Origin: a virus
Taxonomy: Duplodnaviria > Caudoviricetes
Length of the DNA: 58,417 nucleotides
Virus record (IMG/VR): IMGVR_UViG_3300009109_000006
Span: 1 to 58,417 of that record
Strand: one strand, 5' to 3'
The notes under the pieces were generated by a model, which made no database searches, had not been told where the DNA came from, and worked only from the letters and a program-made list of their open reading frames with translations. The position numbers were made by a program, and so were the translations under genes. Shown here piece after piece: positions 45,642 through 55,036 of this stretch (position 1 is the stretch's first letter; each line of letters opens with the position of its first letter).

Positions 45642-46909
45642 GAGGCTCCTAGTAGTTCCATGCGCGTGGGCAAGAACTCTAGGTGAACGTCAACACCATG
45701 TAGCCACTGCCTCACCTCGTCCCAGCGTGAAGTGCGGCAGTAGACAAGCAGGTTTTGGATCTCTGCTCTGGCAACTTGCTTCCGCAACATCTCTACCCAG
45801 GACTTGCGCGCCTCGTCTTCGTCATGGGCGTTCGTCCTAGTGCGCGACACAATGTTTTGAACCTGAATGCTTGCCCAGGTGAGTGGGGTAGGTAGCGACC
45901 CTAGGGCGATGTCCATGAAGTCGTCCTCGGCTCTCATCTCCAAGTCGGGCATGACTCTGACTCCGGCCTCTTGCAAGTACCGCCCGATCCACCGCGAACG
46001 GAACAAGGCGTGCAGAGACAGAGCACGCGGCATGGCGTCCTGTGAGTAGTTGGGCGTGATGGCGTACTCAATCTGAGAGTTGATGGTTTTGGTCAAGTAC
46101 TTCTTCGGGTTGTTCCACCAGCATTCAAAGTATTCATCCCAGGTGTAGAAGGAGAGCATGATTTTGCTGAGGTCGTCCATTCCCGATGTGCTGTCGATGC
46201 CCCAGTTGTAGAGCCAGTATCCGTCCCACTCCATGTCTCTTGTGGCACTCCCCGCCCAGGTCGTCAGAGGCTGGGGGAGTTCTTCAATCATCATGTCCGT
46301 CCGTAGCAGCGGGATGTCCCACTCGCCATACCCCGGCCACACCATGTCCTCTTTCAGAGTCAAGATTCCCTCTAGGTCAACCTCACCGTCGCTTTCGTCG
46401 GTGCCATTGTCACCATGGTTGGCGTTTGGCAACTCGGCCAACGAGTCGCCTCCCAGGAGTGCCCCTTCTCTAACAACGTGTGAGGTAGCCGCAATGTCGC
46501 CCAAGGTGTCGTCCATCGTGGCCATGAGTGCGTCAACATCGCTGGCGTTGTAGCCCGTTCCCACCACATCGTCCAAGCCTGACAAGAGTTCTGCCAACAC
46601 CGTGTTGTCATACTCAGCAAAATCACTGGTTCGGTTGTCAGCCAGGACAATGCGAGCCGCCTCATCATCAGCAACATCGACCATGACTACGGCGATGGTG
46701 TCCCACCCCAACAGTTGAGCGGCTTGGTAGGTGTGGTTTCCGGCGAGGATCTTGCTTGTGCTTTTCTGCACCACAATCGGCTTGAACTGGCCGTTGGCTT
46801 TCAGTGACTCAGCAATGGCTTGCACATCGCCCTTGCGCGGGTTCTTGTCGTATGGCTGGAGTTCTTCCAGCGGCACCGTCCGTGTCTCAGTGAACAAGGC
46901 GTCGGTCAT
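45605..46909 (-). CDS. ParB-like N-terminal domain fused to a DUF4417-like domain
   Basis: NPRKG, ILAGNHT, LADNR; C-terminal FYTWD..FE..W, ITPNYS, RSRWIGRYLQEAGVRVMP. Confidence 0.75.
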   Translation of the reverse strand: MTDALFTETRTVPLEELQPYDKNPRKGDVQAIAESLKANGQFKPIVVQKSTSKILAGNHTYQAAQLLGWDTIAVVMVDVADDEAARIVLADNRTSDFAEYDNTVLAELLSGLDDVVGTGYNASDVDALMATMDDTLGDIAATSHVVREGALLGGDSLAELPNANHGDNGTDESDGEVDLEGILTLKEDMVWPGYGEWDIPLLRTDMMIEELPQPLTTWAGSATRDMEWDGYWLYNWGIDSTSGMDDLSKIMLSFYTWDEYFECWWNNPKKYLTKTINSQIEYAITPNYSQDAMPRALSLHALFRSRWIGRYLQEAGVRVMPDLEMRAEDDFMDIALGSLPTPLTWASIQVQNIVSRTRTNAHDEDEARKSWVEMLRKQVARAEIQNLLVYCRTSRWDEVRQWLHGVDVHLEFLPTRMELLGASWEASRRNPNLL

Positions 46910-47211
46910 AACTGCTCCCTTTGTTGCCTGAAACGCAGGCGCTCCCGCTCAGTCATGGCACCTGCAATGCCATGCTGAAGGCTGTCCTCAATAGACCAGA
47001 TGCGGCAATGGGCAAGAACCGGGCAGGCGGCGCAGATTTCCTTGGCGTCACAAACGCACTGTAACCGATCACAGCCAGAAGGGTGTTGGTCGCATCTGGT
47101 ACTACAGCGGTGCTGGAAAAACAGGTCTGTCTTTCCTTTGCACGCCGCATAGTCAAGCCACTTGCTCTCCCACCACAGAGCATCCGTAGATGGCAATGGC
47201 GGCAGCGTCAT
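46906..47211 (-). CDS. whiB: WhiB-family Fe-S transcription factor
   Basis: W...AAC, CAACPVLAHC, GIAGA.TERER. Confidence 0.85.
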   Translation of the reverse strand: MTLPPLPSTDALWWESKWLDYAACKGKTDLFFQHRCSTRCDQHPSGCDRLQCVCDAKEICAACPVLAHCRIWSIEDSLQHGIAGAMTERERLRFRQQREQL

Positions 47212-47662
47212 AGAGGTCTTGATCGCCACCTGCACGGGCGTGGAGAGTAGGCCATCGTAGTTGTACGGCAGCGCCAACCTCTGGCTTAGTGGCGTTGCCT
47301 CGTCCGGTGACTGACTTCTTCCATGATGAGACATTGGCGCTATGCGTGAAGCACCCGCGGTTGTGGAGGGCACCCTGTATGGCCCCGGAGGTAAAGGCTT
47401 GCACCATGGTGGAACGGAACCCGCCTCGGCCCAACACCGGCCACTCTACAAACGCATGTCTGGGGATATTGGCATCCCATGGCAACGAGTCCAAAAAGTC
47501 GTGTGTGGCATCCCACCCCGCGGCACAGGCTATTGGACCGGCTGGCCCCAAGCGTGGATAGGCAGCAAGGTGAAACTCGTCTTCATGGATAGCCACAAAC
47601 GCTGCTCTTGTAGAAGCAGGATCAACTCCCACCACAACGGCCTCTGGCACCCCAATCATCAT
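47153..47662 (-). CDS. ruvC: RuvC-like Holliday junction resolvase
   Basis: VGVDP, FVE, WKKSVTGRGNATK, DAAAIA. Confidence 0.85.
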   Translation of the reverse strand: MMIGVPEAVVVGVDPASTRAAFVAIHEDEFHLAAYPRLGPAGPIACAAGWDATHDFLDSLPWDANIPRHAFVEWPVLGRGGFRSTMVQAFTSGAIQGALHNRGCFTHSANVSSWKKSVTGRGNATKPEVGAAVQLRWPTLHARAGGDQDLYDAAAIAIYGCSVVGEQVA

Positions 47663-47668
47663 GTCTCG

Positions 47669-48106
47669 CTATCCGTGCGCCAAATCGGCTTCAAGTTTCG
47701 CCATGGTGATGCGTCGGCTCCCCAGGTCTATGGCTTTGGCTGCCATCTCAGTGAACGTGCGGAGTTCTCCTGTGCGGAAACGGTACGTCTTGGTGCCTTT
47801 CATCACCACGCCGTCGGCCTCAGCCCGTTGCAACAGCATGGTGAGTTCCATCGCCCGGCTGTAGACGGCATTGGCGTACTCCATCAGTGCCATAGGGCCG
47901 GGTTGAACCGGTGGGTCGGAGTGCCCCAACAGCACACTGGTGTACTCGTCTAGTTCGTCTCTCATGGCTGTGACCGACGGGATGCCCTGCTCAACCCGAA
48001 AGTGCCTGACCCCAGTCGATGGCGTCTTCGGCGCTGACGGCGCTGAGACAGACATGGGAGTAGGGGCACTTGGTGAACGTCGAACCCTTACGGACTTTGC
48101 ACTCAT
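47669..48106 (-). CDS. Hypothetical protein
   Basis: ORF in the recombination operon. Confidence 0.6.
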   Translation of the reverse strand: MSAKSVRVRRSPSAPTPMSVSAPSAPKTPSTGVRHFRVEQGIPSVTAMRDELDEYTSVLLGHSDPPVQPGPMALMEYANAVYSRAMELTMLLQRAEADGVVMKGTKTYRFRTGELRTFTEMAAKAIDLGSRRITMAKLEADLAHG

Positions 48107-48779
48107 CTAGAACCTCCGGTAGTTCGTCGTGTTCGATGGCCACGTTCAGACTGGCCAGGATGCCAACGATCTCGTCAATCGTGCTCTCATCCCTGTGAAC
48201 CTCCACTTCCAACCAGTTTTGTGTGGACTTGTCCTCGTACACCACCACCGCTTGGTCCAAGCCAGACGCCAGGAGGTAGCCATGCACCTGTTTGATATGA
48301 GCGGGGAGCGCACCATGGTTCTTGACGGTGCTGAACTGACTGGTCCCTTTCAACTCAAACATCCAAACATCTTCACCAAAGTCGCTCACCCCATCCATGG
48401 AGCCAGTCAGGCGGTACTCCTCCATGGCCACCCCAACCTCCACGCTGCTAAGCACCCCCGCCTGGAGCAGCATGATCTGCCAGCGGGCGTGCCTCCAAGT
48501 CCCATCGTTGAAGATGTTCTGGAGTTGCGGGTTGTACTCCTTCAAGCGGGGAACGTCGTAGTAGTCGAACACTTGCCTGCGCTCACACTGATACAACTGT
48601 GATGGGTGGAAGGCTCCGGCCCTGGTGCCGCCAGGGGCTAGCAATCTGAGAAGCGTTTTCTGCATCTCAGCATCAGCAACGACTACCCCCTCGTCATGGT
48701 TGGCTAGCCAGCCGGTCAGTTTGGGCGTGATCTTGCTCTGCTGCTTTGCCACCTTGGCGATCTTCTTTAGGCCACTCAC
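47991..48779 (-). CDS. Cas4-like PD-(D/E)XK exonuclease
   Basis: HPSQL..C.R, GSMDG, ELK, Q..GY, C-terminal Cys cluster. Confidence 0.8.
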   Translation of the reverse strand: MSGLKKIAKVAKQQSKITPKLTGWLANHDEGVVVADAEMQKTLLRLLAPGGTRAGAFHPSQLYQCERRQVFDYYDVPRLKEYNPQLQNIFNDGTWRHARWQIMLLQAGVLSSVEVGVAMEEYRLTGSMDGVSDFGEDVWMFELKGTSQFSTVKNHGALPAHIKQVHGYLLASGLDQAVVVYEDKSTQNWLEVEVHRDESTIDEIVGILASLNVAIEHDELPEVLDECKVRKGSTFTKCPYSHVCLSAVSAEDAIDWGQALSG

Positions 48780-49201
48780 GCCCGCCCTCCTTTGGACAAC
48801 GAGCAGTACAGCACCATGTCAGCATCCCTAAAGCGCACAACGTACACCGGTCGTTTTTCAGCCATGGTCGCCTCCTTCCACAGCGAAGTTAGTTCTGTGC
48901 CCTTGATGGTGTGTGTCTTGTTGGCATCTTTGATCTCGTAGAGAGTTTCATGGTCCGACGCATCATGCTTGATTCGGAGCGCCCCCGATGCAGGGTGCGG
49001 CTTAGCCCCTAGCGATTTGGCCATGGCCTTCTCAGTCAGTCTCCCGTCCCGCTGTCTGCTTCCTGGCTGCCACGGGAACTCAAGTTGGCCAGGGATTTGG
49101 CCAGACTCTCCACCATGGCTGGATTGCTCGCCAACGCCTCCCGAAACTTCGCCCGCCCCACCACCGGGTCCATGGTCATCTCGTCTGTTGTCGCCCACCA
49201 C
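48776..49201 (-). CDS. Small PD-(D/E)XK / Holliday-junction-resolvase-like nuclease (true start probably near 49030-49090)
   Basis: E...AK..G...PASGA...D......EIK. Confidence 0.65.
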   Translation of the reverse strand: MVGDNRRDDHGPGGGAGEVSGGVGEQSSHGGESGQIPGQLEFPWQPGSRQRDGRLTEKAMAKSLGAKPHPASGALRIKHDASDHETLYEIKDANKTHTIKGTELTSLWKEATMAEKRPVYVVRFRDADMVLYCSLSKGGRA

Positions 49202-50082
49202 TTTCTCCCTTCGTTATGCACTAGGCCGTCAATGGCCCCTTGCGTCATCAGAAAGCCCACGTTGTCAACCTCGCCACGGGCTAGATCGAAAGTGAACAGC
49301 ACATCCTTGGATGGTGCAGCCAGTTTGCTCTTTTCCAATGTGGCCCGAATCTTGTGGGCCGTGACAACGCTGACGTTTGTCTGCTTGCCCTCAGAGTCAT
49401 GGACCTTGGCCCCCTCTTTGACCTTGCCCGCTTTCCTCAGCGCCACCCGATGGCTGGCATAGAACGGCAGCGCCTTACCGCCAGGAACAGTTTCGGGGTC
49501 ACCAAACATTTGGCCCACATTGAGGCGCGTCTGGTTGATAAAGATGACGGCTGTGTTGGAGTTGGCCGTGGTCAGTTTCCGTAGGCCAGTAGACATGAGG
49601 GCAGCCAGTCGGGCTGGTTGGATGGTTTCGTTCGCCAGCCGCTTGTTGGCCTCTGTCTGTGGAAGCGTGGCTGCCACAGAGTCCCAGACTAGGAGGTCGA
49701 TGCCGTTACGAATCAGAACCTCTGATACGTCGATGGCTTCTTCACCCGACGATGGCGCTTGATAGATCAGGCTGCTGGTGTCCACGCCGATGTTCGTGGC
49801 CCACTCAGGGTCGTAGGCGTGTTCCGTGTCCACGATGGCACAGGTGCCACCCTGAGCCTGGCACTGAGCGATGGCTGACAGCCCCACATATGACTTCAAT
49901 GTGGAGTACGCACCGAACAGTTCAGTGAACCTCCCACGCGGGACGCCGCCACCTAACAAGTAGTCCATGGGCAGCACGCCCGTTGGGATGGTCGTGACTC
50001 GCAGCGAGTCGTCCGACCCCAGCCGGACTGTCCCAGCGCCTAGCACGCTGTTGATCTCGGCAGCGATCTCCGTCGCCTTCAT
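49036..50082 (-). CDS. recA: RecA-like recombinase
   Basis: GGGVPRGRFTELFG, DTEHAYD, WDSVAA, FINQ, PGGKALPFYAS. Confidence 0.93.
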   Translation of the reverse strand: MKATEIAAEINSVLGAGTVRLGSDDSLRVTTIPTGVLPMDYLLGGGVPRGRFTELFGAYSTLKSYVGLSAIAQCQAQGGTCAIVDTEHAYDPEWATNIGVDTSSLIYQAPSSGEEAIDVSEVLIRNGIDLLVWDSVAATLPQTEANKRLANETIQPARLAALMSTGLRKLTTANSNTAVIFINQTRLNVGQMFGDPETVPGGKALPFYASHRVALRKAGKVKEGAKVHDSEGKQTNVSVVTAHKIRATLEKSKLAAPSKDVLFTFDLARGEVDNVGFLMTQGAIDGLVHNEGRKWWATTDEMTMDPVVGRAKFREALASNPAMVESLAKSLANLSSRGSQEADSGTGD

Positions 50083-50089
50083 GCCACGA

Positions 50090-50770
50090 TCACGCCGTCA
50101 CCAGCAGTGGCCGCACCACGATGGACTGATGGCCTTCGTCCCGAAGGCGAGCCATGGTGCGAAGCAAGTCTTGGTTGGCAGCCAGATGGTGTCGGCCAGT
50201 GCCGTCCGTCAGCGCCCATCCAATGTTGGTGCCATCCTCATGCGAGATGCGGGCATCGTCTGAGGTGTCGTCCCACCCCGGTGCAACCGTGATCTCAGCC
50301 CCTTCTGCTTCTGCCGGAGGCGCTTCCACCGGCTTCTGTGCAGCCTTCTGTGCAGCAGCGATATGACCGGGGAACGGACCCTTTCCCTCGGCCCAAACCC
50401 CCTTGTGGTACTCACGCACCAAGGTCAGTTCTTCGCTGTAACGCGGGTCATGCTCGCACACCGACAAAAAGTGTGCGCCCGCTCGTGTCAGCGAGATCCT
50501 CCAAGTGCCATGGCTGGAAGTGTCCCAGCCGATGAGTCCGTCTTCCACCATCTTTCGGAGAACTGCATCTTTCTCAATCTTGGTGGTGCCGGGCTTGAAC
50601 GTGTCGGGGAAGTAAGAGTGCAGCGTGCGGTAAAGGCGAGTGCGGCACTTCCCGTTGTCGTCAACGAACCGATGGCCGTACTTCCACCGAAGTATGGCCA
50701 GCATCAGGAGGCGGCTTCTCCCCCGATGGATGCCCTTGTAGAAGTTCTTGTAATCGAGGTTGGTGGTCAT
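50090..50770 (-). CDS. Hypothetical protein (possible winged-helix DNA-binding N-terminus)
   Basis: AAAGG RBS; LRKMVEDGLI...ISLTRAG pattern. Confidence 0.6.
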   Translation of the reverse strand: MTTNLDYKNFYKGIHRGRSRLLMLAILRWKYGHRFVDDNGKCRTRLYRTLHSYFPDTFKPGTTKIEKDAVLRKMVEDGLIGWDTSSHGTWRISLTRAGAHFLSVCEHDPRYSEELTLVREYHKGVWAEGKGPFPGHIAAAQKAAQKPVEAPPAEAEGAEITVAPGWDDTSDDARISHEDGTNIGWALTDGTGRHHLAANQDLLRTMARLRDEGHQSIVVRPLLVTA

Positions 50771-50785
50771 AAGTTTCCTTTCTTT

Positions 50786-53449
50786 TCATTCTGGGTAAAC
50801 GGCGAGTGTCTTGAGCGCCCCAGCCTGTTGCAGATGCCGGAGTGTTCCTTTGAGAGTGCCGGTCTTCGACCACTCTCGGCCTCCTGTTACTGATCGGGCA
50901 GGGCACCTTGATACTAGGTCGTCAATACTACTGAATGGTGCATGGTCTGCGACACATTCTGCGGCAGCCTGTCCAACCCCCTTGACTGACTTCAGCCCCC
51001 GCCTCAATGCGTTCTTGGGCGGGTGCATGGTCCAAGACACCCCCGACTCGTTGATGTCCACGGGCAGCACTCTGATGCCCATAGCCCTGGCCTCCTTGAT
51101 GTACTTCTGCTCTTTGTCCGACCCAGCAGTGGTTTCCAGCAACGCTGCATGGAACTCCAGCGGGTGGTGAACTTTCAAGTAGGCCATCTGATACCCGAAC
51201 AAGGCATACGCCGTGGCATGGGCACGGTTGAACCCATAGGCAGCGAACCCTTCGACCAGCGACCATGCTTCGTTGATTTCGCTCTGGTCCATGCCCACCG
51301 TTTGGCACAGCCCCTCAAACTTCTCGCGGTTGGCCTGGAACGTCTTGACTGACTTATCCGCATAGCCCGCTATGGCGTGCTTCCCTTTGACGGCCTGCAA
51401 AAAGGCGTTCATCTCTGCAACGGGCATCCCCAAGTCTTTGAGGATGGCAAGCACCTGCTCTTGAAACGCCGGAACGCCATGAGTCTCCTGAAGGTGCTTC
51501 TTGAAAACCTCATGGGGGTACTGGACATTCTCAGGGTGTGCCCGATTGTGCAGGAACAGATCCGTGTACCCATGGTCACGGGTGGCTGGCCGGTAGAGGG
51601 CGTTGATAAGCACGAGGTCGGCCACTGTCTTAGCCTTCACCTCACGGCACCCCTGAGCGGCCGTAAACCCTTCAAGTTGGAAGATGCCCGTGTCAGGCCG
51701 CCCCTTTCTCAGAAAGGCCATGGTCTTCTTGTCATCCAAAGAAATGAATGATCTGTCGGAGCGTCCCAGCAACTCCAAACACCGGTGCATGGTTGTGAGG
51801 GACCGCAGCCCTAACAGGTCAATCTTGACAAACCCAGCATCCTCTACATCGTCCATGGTCATCTGAGTAACCGTCGTGTCAGACGAGGGAATCAGCATGG
51901 TCGGAATGAGGTCGTCCAGCGGGTAGTCGTCCTGGGTCAACACAAATCCAGCGGCATGGGCACCGGGTGATCGCCTAATCGGGATGTCAGACAGAGCCAT
52001 CAGTTTGTGCGCTGCCTCTATGTCCACGGCTTCCAAATCATGGGCGTTCTGGACTCGGCCCAAACGCTTGGCAAATCCGTCCCCCAGCCTCTTACGCATC
52101 CCCGCCATGTACTGCACAAACAGCCCGCCCCGCCCTGTCTCGGCATCCAGCCCTAGCCGGTTGTAGGTGCCGATCTGCACGACTCCGTACTTGTGGGCAA
52201 GGTATTCGACCACCTCATCCCGGCGCGTGTCTTCTACGTCAAGGTCAATGTCGGGAGGGCGAATCCGATCAGGTGTCAAGAACCGGTCGAAGGTCAGGCC
52301 CCACTGGAGGGGGTTCACTTGGGTGATGCCCAGGAGAAAGCAGATCAGCGATCCTGATGCCGACCCTCGGGCCATGACCAAGATGCCCGCTTTGCGGCAC
52401 CACTCCACATAGTCATGGACTAGCAAGAAGTAGTCAGCCATGCCTAGTTGCTTGACCACGCCCAGTTCATAGTCCAGCCGCTCGCAGTACTCGTCCGCAG
52501 TGTCCAACATGAGGTCGTTCATCGCCCGGTCGCACAGTTGGCGCAGTTTCCCCAGTGGCTTAGACGCCACCTTGGGAATGTGGTACCGGTAGTCGTCCAG
52601 CATGGGGAGCGTGAGTTTGTGCCGCTCCAGCAGGTCGCGATAAGACTCCTCCGCTCCAGACCAGATGTGTGGGAGTGCCTTGTAGTGCTTCTTCACCCAT
52701 GGCGTGCTGGCCAAGTGGTAACTGTCTCCAGGGAAAGAGACATCTCCAATGTCACCTGAGTAGGCGATGGACTTCATAAAATCATGGAGGGGCTTGTGAG
52801 CCTTGTCGCAGTAATGGCAGTCCTGAGTGATGATGACAGGACGCCCGATCTCGGCAGCCACTCGCCACAGCGCCTCGGCTAGAAGGTCGTCGGTCCATTC
52901 ATCACCATGGTCGGTGCAATGGTGTTGGATCTCCACATAAGTGTGAGGGAACCAGCCAGCCAACATCTGAGCCATTCGCTTGCCCTGCTCCTCGTCACGG
53001 ACGATGGCTTGCTGAACAAGGCCGAAGTAGCAGCCGGTCAGCAGAGCGATGCCATCTGCATGGCCTTCACGGCTCATGGTGGCTAAGTCAGATAGTGAGA
53101 TGCGTGGTTTGTAGTGATACTGCTCACGGCGATGCGACTGGCTGCACAGTCGCACCAGCGCCGAATAACCCTCACGGCTGAGGGCTAGCAGCGTCAGGTG
53201 ATGGCGCTTGGCGGTCTTGTCGGTGATGTCATCAACGACATACGCCTCTAGTCCAGGGAACGGGAGCAGGTTCGCTCTGCGGCACGCCTGATACAACTGG
53301 AAGCAGCCGCTCATGTTGCCATGGTCGGTGATTGCTAGCCCCGGCTGCTTGAACTTCACAGCCTTCTCCACCATGGTGCCTATGTCGGCCATGCCGTCTA
53401 GGCAGGAGAACTCACTGTGAACGTGCGTGTGGAAGAACTGGCTACTCAT
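50786..53449 (-). CDS. dnaE: DNA polymerase III alpha subunit
   Basis: PHP HTHVHSEFS.LDG, ITDHG; RGSASGS; PDIDLD; KIDLLGL; YGFNRAH. Confidence 0.95.
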   Translation of the reverse strand: MSSQFFHTHVHSEFSCLDGMADIGTMVEKAVKFKQPGLAITDHGNMSGCFQLYQACRRANLLPFPGLEAYVVDDITDKTAKRHHLTLLALSREGYSALVRLCSQSHRREQYHYKPRISLSDLATMSREGHADGIALLTGCYFGLVQQAIVRDEEQGKRMAQMLAGWFPHTYVEIQHHCTDHGDEWTDDLLAEALWRVAAEIGRPVIITQDCHYCDKAHKPLHDFMKSIAYSGDIGDVSFPGDSYHLASTPWVKKHYKALPHIWSGAEESYRDLLERHKLTLPMLDDYRYHIPKVASKPLGKLRQLCDRAMNDLMLDTADEYCERLDYELGVVKQLGMADYFLLVHDYVEWCRKAGILVMARGSASGSLICFLLGITQVNPLQWGLTFDRFLTPDRIRPPDIDLDVEDTRRDEVVEYLAHKYGVVQIGTYNRLGLDAETGRGGLFVQYMAGMRKRLGDGFAKRLGRVQNAHDLEAVDIEAAHKLMALSDIPIRRSPGAHAAGFVLTQDDYPLDDLIPTMLIPSSDTTVTQMTMDDVEDAGFVKIDLLGLRSLTTMHRCLELLGRSDRSFISLDDKKTMAFLRKGRPDTGIFQLEGFTAAQGCREVKAKTVADLVLINALYRPATRDHGYTDLFLHNRAHPENVQYPHEVFKKHLQETHGVPAFQEQVLAILKDLGMPVAEMNAFLQAVKGKHAIAGYADKSVKTFQANREKFEGLCQTVGMDQSEINEAWSLVEGFAAYGFNRAHATAYALFGYQMAYLKVHHPLEFHAALLETTAGSDKEQKYIKEARAMGIRVLPVDINESGVSWTMHPPKNALRRGLKSVKGVGQAAAECVADHAPFSSIDDLVSRCPARSVTGGREWSKTGTLKGTLRHLQQAGALKTLAVYPE

Positions 53450-53467
53450 GCTGCGGGGGTGTGAGCA

Positions 53468-53815
53468 TCAAATCTCCTGAACATCATCGGGGTGGAAAAA
53501 CGGTGAGTAAAGCGACTCTTGGACACTGCTGCGCCGGTCATGTTCCTGGCCTAAGCGTCGCCACTGATACGACTTCATGGTGCGCCGATACCCGGCCTGC
53601 CGCATGGCCCAATCAGTGATGTGGCGAGGGCATCGCACAACGGAATACCACTGCGGGCTAATGCCCTCCAGCCACCACATTGCCCGCTCCTCCGTCGAAA
53701 GAGCGCTCCGGCCACACTTACCGCACACCAGTACCTTGGCTGGCTTGGTGGTCTTGGATGGGCGGCGGCTCATAAGGTTCACGCTCTGATCGTTGGCGGT
53801 GAGCATCAGCCCCAT
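53468..53815 (-). CDS. Hypothetical zinc-binding protein
   Basis: CGKC...CPRH. Confidence 0.55.
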   Translation of the reverse strand: MGLMLTANDQSVNLMSRRPSKTTKPAKVLVCGKCGRSALSTEERAMWWLEGISPQWYSVVRCPRHITDWAMRQAGYRRTMKSYQWRRLGQEHDRRSSVQESLYSPFFHPDDVQEI

Positions 53816-54083
53816 CAGTCTTGCTCAACCGATAGCGTTCCTCAAACGGGCACTCTGGGTCATGGCGGTACAGCGTCCCGTATTCTGAGTCCCGCATCCT
53901 CAGCACGGTAACTCCTTGGTCCTCCAGGGCACGAAGAACAAAGCCCATGGTGCGTGGAGAAAGGTTGCCGACTTGCTCGCAGATTTCAGTCCACGACACT
54001 GTTTCAGTACTGAGCAGCATGGCTGCTACACGGTGTCGCTTCGGCTCACGGTTCTTGTCGAACGGGTTGTTGGCCTCGGCCAT
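53718..54083 (-). CDS. Hypothetical protein (possible HTH)
   Basis: GGGAG RBS before MAEANN. Confidence 0.55.
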   Translation of the reverse strand: MAEANNPFDKNREPKRHRVAAMLLSTETVSWTEICEQVGNLSPRTMGFVLRALEDQGVTVLRMRDSEYGTLYRHDPECPFEERYRLSKTDGADAHRQRSEREPYEPPPIQDHQASQGTGVR

Positions 54084-54106
54084 AGTGCAACTCCCTTGTG
54101 AATAAT

Positions 54107-54222
54107 GTGGTGCCGCCAAGACGGACCTCGGCTGCCGGACGGAAACTGTTCCAGCGCCGGGTGAGTGAAGGTGGTGGGGGGGGGAGAGGGCTTCACTCAC
54201 CCGCCCGCCTCGGCGGCACCAC
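54107..54222 (-). ncRNA. Candidate structured RNA: three-way junction with C-rich loop
   Basis: 20-bp closing stem (G:U pairs work only on the minus strand); 12-bp hairpin with CCCUCUCCCCCCCCC loop. Confidence 0.5.
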
Positions 54223-54233
54223 GACCTAGCGGA

Positions 54234-54950
54234 TCAGACCTCAGCGATTTCGATGATGGCGTCAATCAAGTCGGCCTTCTTCACGCCTTCAACCGTGATG
54301 TCAAGTTGCGTGGCGATCCCACGAAGTGTCTTCAGTGGCATCTCGTCCAACTCGTCTACGTCGATGACCAACTCGTCATCTTCGTCCACATCATCATCGC
54401 CATCTTCGGTCCCCATGGTGACGGGCGGGTTGTCGAAGGGATCTTCCCCTTCAGCCACCTTGCGGGCGTCTTCCAAAACCTTTGCCAAGTCCAACAACTC
54501 ATACTTCTGAGTGTTGATCTGGCTCGGTGCCTGAGGCGTGGCGTCGTAAGTGGTGTCCAAGCCAGTGCCGTGGCGATCCAGTTCGTAGTTCCTGTCCAGC
54601 AACGTGTCGAACTTCTCGTACTTTATCATCAGCAGGTTGGCCAGCGTCTTAGCCAACTTCAAAGGCAAGACGCGATCTGTCTGAATGTCCAGGGCGTTGG
54701 TCAGGTAGCGGAATGAGGGTCGAACGCCGTCAGGAAGCACTTCGCCCTCCACCATGGGGACGAACTGCTTGTTCTCGGCGTCATAATACTCCTGATAGCC
54801 GAACCACTCCTCGGGGTTGGTGAGGAAACGGACGATCAGGCCATCTTCGCCCACATGCTTGATATAGGCTCCGCTGGCAGCCCCTCGTTTGAGAGACGCC
54901 TTGACGGCTTCGATGCTGCCCAATCGTTGGCCAGCGATTTTGTCGGTCAT
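54234..54950 (-). CDS. Putative single-stranded DNA-binding protein with C-terminal Rho-N-like domain
   Basis: VRFL, R.GTGLDTTY, acidic linker, LKTLRGIA...KKADLIDAI; in the replication module. Confidence 0.65.
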   Translation of the reverse strand: MTDKIAGQRLGSIEAVKASLKRGAASGAYIKHVGEDGLIVRFLTNPEEWFGYQEYYDAENKQFVPMVEGEVLPDGVRPSFRYLTNALDIQTDRVLPLKLAKTLANLLMIKYEKFDTLLDRNYELDRHGTGLDTTYDATPQAPSQINTQKYELLDLAKVLEDARKVAEGEDPFDNPPVTMGTEDGDDDVDEDDELVIDVDELDEMPLKTLRGIATQLDITVEGVKKADLIDAIIEIAEV

Positions 54951-55036
54951 GTTCTACATGCCTCCTTCAATAAGGGTAGGGGTTCTGAGGTATTCGTCAC
55001 CATAGCAGCCACTGATGGCACTGGTGGGGACCAGCA

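Noticed and set aside
47991-48779. Cas4-like gene as part of a CRISPR-Cas system
   Set aside because: No array or other cas genes were seen; solo Cas4-like nucleases next to RecA are common in phages.
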